Shown here: one piece after another, positions 60,213 to 64,000 of the stretch
Numbering within the stretch: position 1 is the stretch's first letter
How the letters are laid out: the number at the start of each line of letters is the position of its first letter
From: Deltaproteobacteria bacterium TL4
GTDB taxonomy: Bacteria; SAR324; NAC60-12
Length of the DNA stretch: 64,000 bases
Reading direction: 5' to 3'
Assembly: GCA_051382335.1 (NCBI GenBank)
Contig: JBBCAX010000034.1
Location: 1 to 64,000, forward strand
Notes under the pieces: generated by a model
The model's database searches: none
Told to the model about the DNA's origin: nothing
The model's input: only the letters and a program-made list of their open reading frames with translations
Position numbers and translations under genes: made by a program

Positions 60213-63200
60213 GTTCACAAGCGCGTTATTGACGATCAACATTAGTTCTTTTACTGTAGGGAGTCGCCAGTCTGAATGAGAACCCAGTGTCAATGCACTA
60301 CAATAACTCCCAGCATTTGACCATGTACGTGTGCTATTATCGTCTTCCTTTTGCCACATTAAACCAGTTACGTTATCCGTAATAGTTCCGTTCCCATTGT
60401 AGGTATAGGAGGGTGGATTAATACTATAATCGTGATCTTCACCAAAGGTCGTAGTATAGGAAGTCGTTTGTCCTGTGTCAGGAATACAACTTGGGCAGAT
60501 ATCGGCGATTTTCATACTCACTCCTGTTGTCATTTCAACAGTGTTATTTTGTGTAAAGACCAGTAAGTGGGTGGCTCCGGTAGGCAGTGAAGTATTTGCT
60601 GAAAAGGTATGCGTTACATTGGAACCGGTTGCCGCCAACGTAGCAATAGCGGTTTGCCCACTCAGTTTGGTGCTGGCACCTGAACCCCAGTAGAGGGCGT
60701 AGTGAGTCACAAAAGTTTCATCAGTAGCTTTGGTGATGGTAACAGCACCAGCTAATTCATTTTTGTTTCCGTCCGTATCCGTGAATGAGACACTAACAGC
60801 AGTAAATGGTTGATCACCAATAGTAACATTGACCCCAGTACTCATTTCCGCTCCGGAATTTTGTGTAAAGACCAGTAAGTGGGTGGCTCCTGTCGGCAGT
60901 GAGGTGTTTTCTGAAATGGTATGCGTGACATTGGAACCGGTTGCCGCTAAAGTAGCAATAGCGGTTTGTCCACTGAGTTTGGTAGTGGCATTTGAGCCCC
61001 AATAGAGAGCATAGTGAGAAATATAGGTTTCATCAGTGGATTTGGTGATAGTAACCGTTCCTGCCAGTTCGTTTTGATTACGGTCAGTATCCGTGAACGC
61101 AACACTGACCGCTGTTTCAGTTGGTACTGGTGGCGCTAGATTTCCAGAGGCGTTATTGTCCGTGATTTCGCCACTGACGCCTTCTGTCATTTCGCCATAA
61201 GTGTTGTAAGTATAGACTAAAAAATGCGTAGCTCTTGGTGGTTTCCAGGTGTTGAGAGGCAGATTATATTTTAATTCGTCATTGGTTTTCGCAACCGTTG
61301 TCAACAGGGAGAGTTTGGTCGTGGCGTCCGTTCCCCAATACACTTTATATCCGGTGATATGGCTTTCATCGCTGGCTTTGATGATCGCGATTTTTCCAGC
61401 GACCTGATTTCCCTCCGCGTCAAAATCCACAAAACTGACACCTCCCGCTTTGAGGGTGGGGGGTTGAGAATCCGCAAGTTTAACACTGACTGGTGTTAAA
61501 TATTCCCCTTCTCCATATAAGGTGTAGACAAGTAGATGTGTTACTCCTTGTGGAATGGCAGTGTTCGGGGGAAGGAGATAAGAAAGATTGGAGCCTGTTT
61601 TAGAAAGTTGGGTAATCAGTGTGGTTTTTGTATTCGCGTCCGTTCCCCAATAAAGGTTGTAAGCAATTAGTTCCGATTCATCCGGGACTTTTGAAATGGT
61701 GAGTGTCCCGCCAATTTCTCCGACTTGAGGATCAGAATCGATCATGGTAATGGTTTGCGGACGTCGAAAAGTCGCTGTAATGGAATCATTTACCGGCCCT
61801 GTCATATTTCCAACCGCGTCTTTAAACCAGGCATAAAGGGTTTTTGTGCCATTACTGTAGGGAAAGGTATAAGCGACATTTTGGGAAAAGGCCTTTGTTG
61901 ATGTCACTGAGATCCATCCACTTGCGTTAAGTGCTGGGGTTTGTGAGTTTTCTGAAAGATAATATCCGGTAACGCCAATATTGTCCTGAGCGGCAAGGGT
62001 TAAGGTGACACTGTCATCAAAGGTAGTCGTTTGTCCATTATTAATCGAAATTGTAGCCGCGGAAGGTGAGCTTGGATCGGTGTTTATTGTGAAACTTCCT
62101 CCGCTGACCGGAGTGCTTTGAACATCATTTCCCGCCAAATCCTTCGCGTTTTGAAGGGTGACAGCAGCCGTTCCGTTTACTGTTCCAACTGTGTGAACGT
62201 ATTGGTAAACCGTGGCACTTACTTTAGTCATTGGTTTTGAAATGGTCTGGGAAGGTTCCTGGATGCGGAGGGAAGGAACAGGACTATCGCTGATTTGCTC
62301 GTTAAAAGTGGCGGTGATGGTGAGGGTTTCTCCGCCTGTTAGAGTCTGGTTGATGGAATAGGTAATTTTTGCGGTAGGGGCGGTGGTGTCGATGGTGATT
62401 GCTTTTGATCCGGTTTTTGACCAAAACCCTTCAATATTTTCCTCGACATAGAGCGTGTGTGTGCCTTCTGTTAAATTGGTTGCTGGTGTAAAGAACGTTT
62501 CTAACGTTTCGGTCGCGTCTTCATTCAAATTACTGTGATCCAATTTGTAGCGGTAAAGTCCCGAACCATTCGTCACAAGAGGAGTCCAACTCCAGGGGGG
62601 TTTAACATTTTTATTAGGTGATATCCCCGCGACAGTGGGCGAAGTATTAAGGGGAAGAGGGTTGCTTACCAGATCTTTGGTAGAAGTTTTGGACAAAGGG
62701 ATTGGTTTTTTATAATCCAGAAAATGAGGCTCAACGTAATACTCAATGGTTTTTTGATCTTGACTATAAAACGCGATATGAGCTCTGCCAAAACGGTCTA
62801 AAGCCAAAGCGCTGTATTTACCAATATCGTTAAACCCAACTCTTGGGACTTCAATTCTCCAGCGATTGCTCAATCCAAGGGCTTCTCCTCGTAAGCGAAT
62901 GGCGTAACGAAGTTCTTTTTTTCCTGGATGATAATAAGAAACACGGGCGGCGTTAAAGCGGTCAACGGCAAAGCCCAAAACATTATCCTGAATACTGCCT
63001 AACGATTCAATGACAGAAGACAACCAGCTTCCATCCTGTTTAATGGTGTGAATAAGGCTTCCCCCTTTCATGTAAACTGCTTGGGGACGACCGTCCTGAT
63101 CAATTCGAAGGTGAAGGCCATAACCCGCCTCTTCAGAAGCATCAACGACTTCAATTTCCCATTTATTAGAGTTGGTTTCAGAAGCTCCATAAAACAAATG

Positions 63201-64000
63201 CTGATTCATTCTAAAGAGGATTCTGGGTTCTCCCTTCGCATTGTAGGTTAAATCGTTATGAGTGCCTTTTTCTCCCACCACAACCGTTGAAATATTCCAT
63301 GTTTCTCTCAAGGCGTCTGAGGACGTCGCATACTTTAAGGTTTTGCTATCTTTGTAATATAAAAGCCCAAGTAACCCTGTGTTTCCTGATGCCATACTGA
63401 TTGACGCCTGATTAAAGGAGGCTGAGAGGGTGACCTCATCAAGCTCTCTTTTTACCCAATGTCCACTTCCTTGCTGAATCCAGCAACTGAGTTTGTTCCC
63501 TTCAATGGCACAAGTACTTGGAAGAACATTTAAGGGGTCTATTTTGATTTTACTGAATTTTCCATAGTCTCCGTTTCCATCCAGGGCTTCACTGTTCCAT
63601 ATTCCTTTGAAAAAAGTATAAATGATTTTTTTGTACTGGATATCATAGGAGCTGATATTGATTTCATCCTGATTAAGAGCCAGAGAGACATCGGTTCCAA
63701 AGTCGCTATCATTAATGGGGTATCGTGACGGGCGGTTTGACCTCAATGGTGGCAGGCGTCGCGTAAATTTCGTCACAACTGACATTTAGCAGCGTATATC
63801 CTTTCTTTACCCCTTTGAATAGGGCGGACTCAGTGTTGGACGATTGTTTGCTGACATAGCGGTCATCGAATTCCCACTTAAGTCCGTCTTTACAATCAAG
63901 AGAGGTTGGGGCGCCTCGTGTATCGGTGGCATACACATTAAAAATACGAGTCCCTTCAACGTCGAGTGATAAGCGTATGGGTGAAATCGCAATGGATTGA
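60039..64000 (-). CDS. Large surface protein with Ig-like domains, 4 copies of the ~100-aa repeat and a C-terminal DUF1566 DGR target (VR-A); frameshift near 63717; 5' end outside the window
   Basis: ORF 60039-63785 plus a different frame open from 63999 to 63712 (QSIAISPIRLSLDVEG...PVTIP) that joins ..INDSDFG if one C is removed from the C4 run. Confidence 0.82.

Overview
Bacterial chromosomal window. The gene content resembles Deltaproteobacteria/SAR324, but that is an impression, not a search result. The left edge (1-259) holds the 5' end of a group IIC intron inserted into an integron attC site. From ~0.3 to 48.5 kb it is mostly housekeeping and signalling genes (rsmA, fliN, trxB, argG, PBP1A, gmd, carB, hemL, a divergent RpoD-like sigma, pabB, an MltD-like enzyme, four histidine kinases, a CoA-activase), plus small MITE/REP elements and an anti-TRAP-like zinc protein. 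From ~48.6 to 64 kb it is an accessory region dominated by a diversity-generating retroelement (DGR) locus on the minus strand. The locus has three DUF1566 (CLec-fold) variable regions, two large repeat-rich surface proteins, a stand-alone MutS domain I gene coupled to avd, and a DGR reverse transcriptase with a C-terminal MutS domain I fusion. An apparent deletion at ~59356 joins the 5' half of avd to an N-terminally truncated RT. No template repeat (TR) is present in the window, and the VR sequences imply two different TRs. All calls were made by eye.
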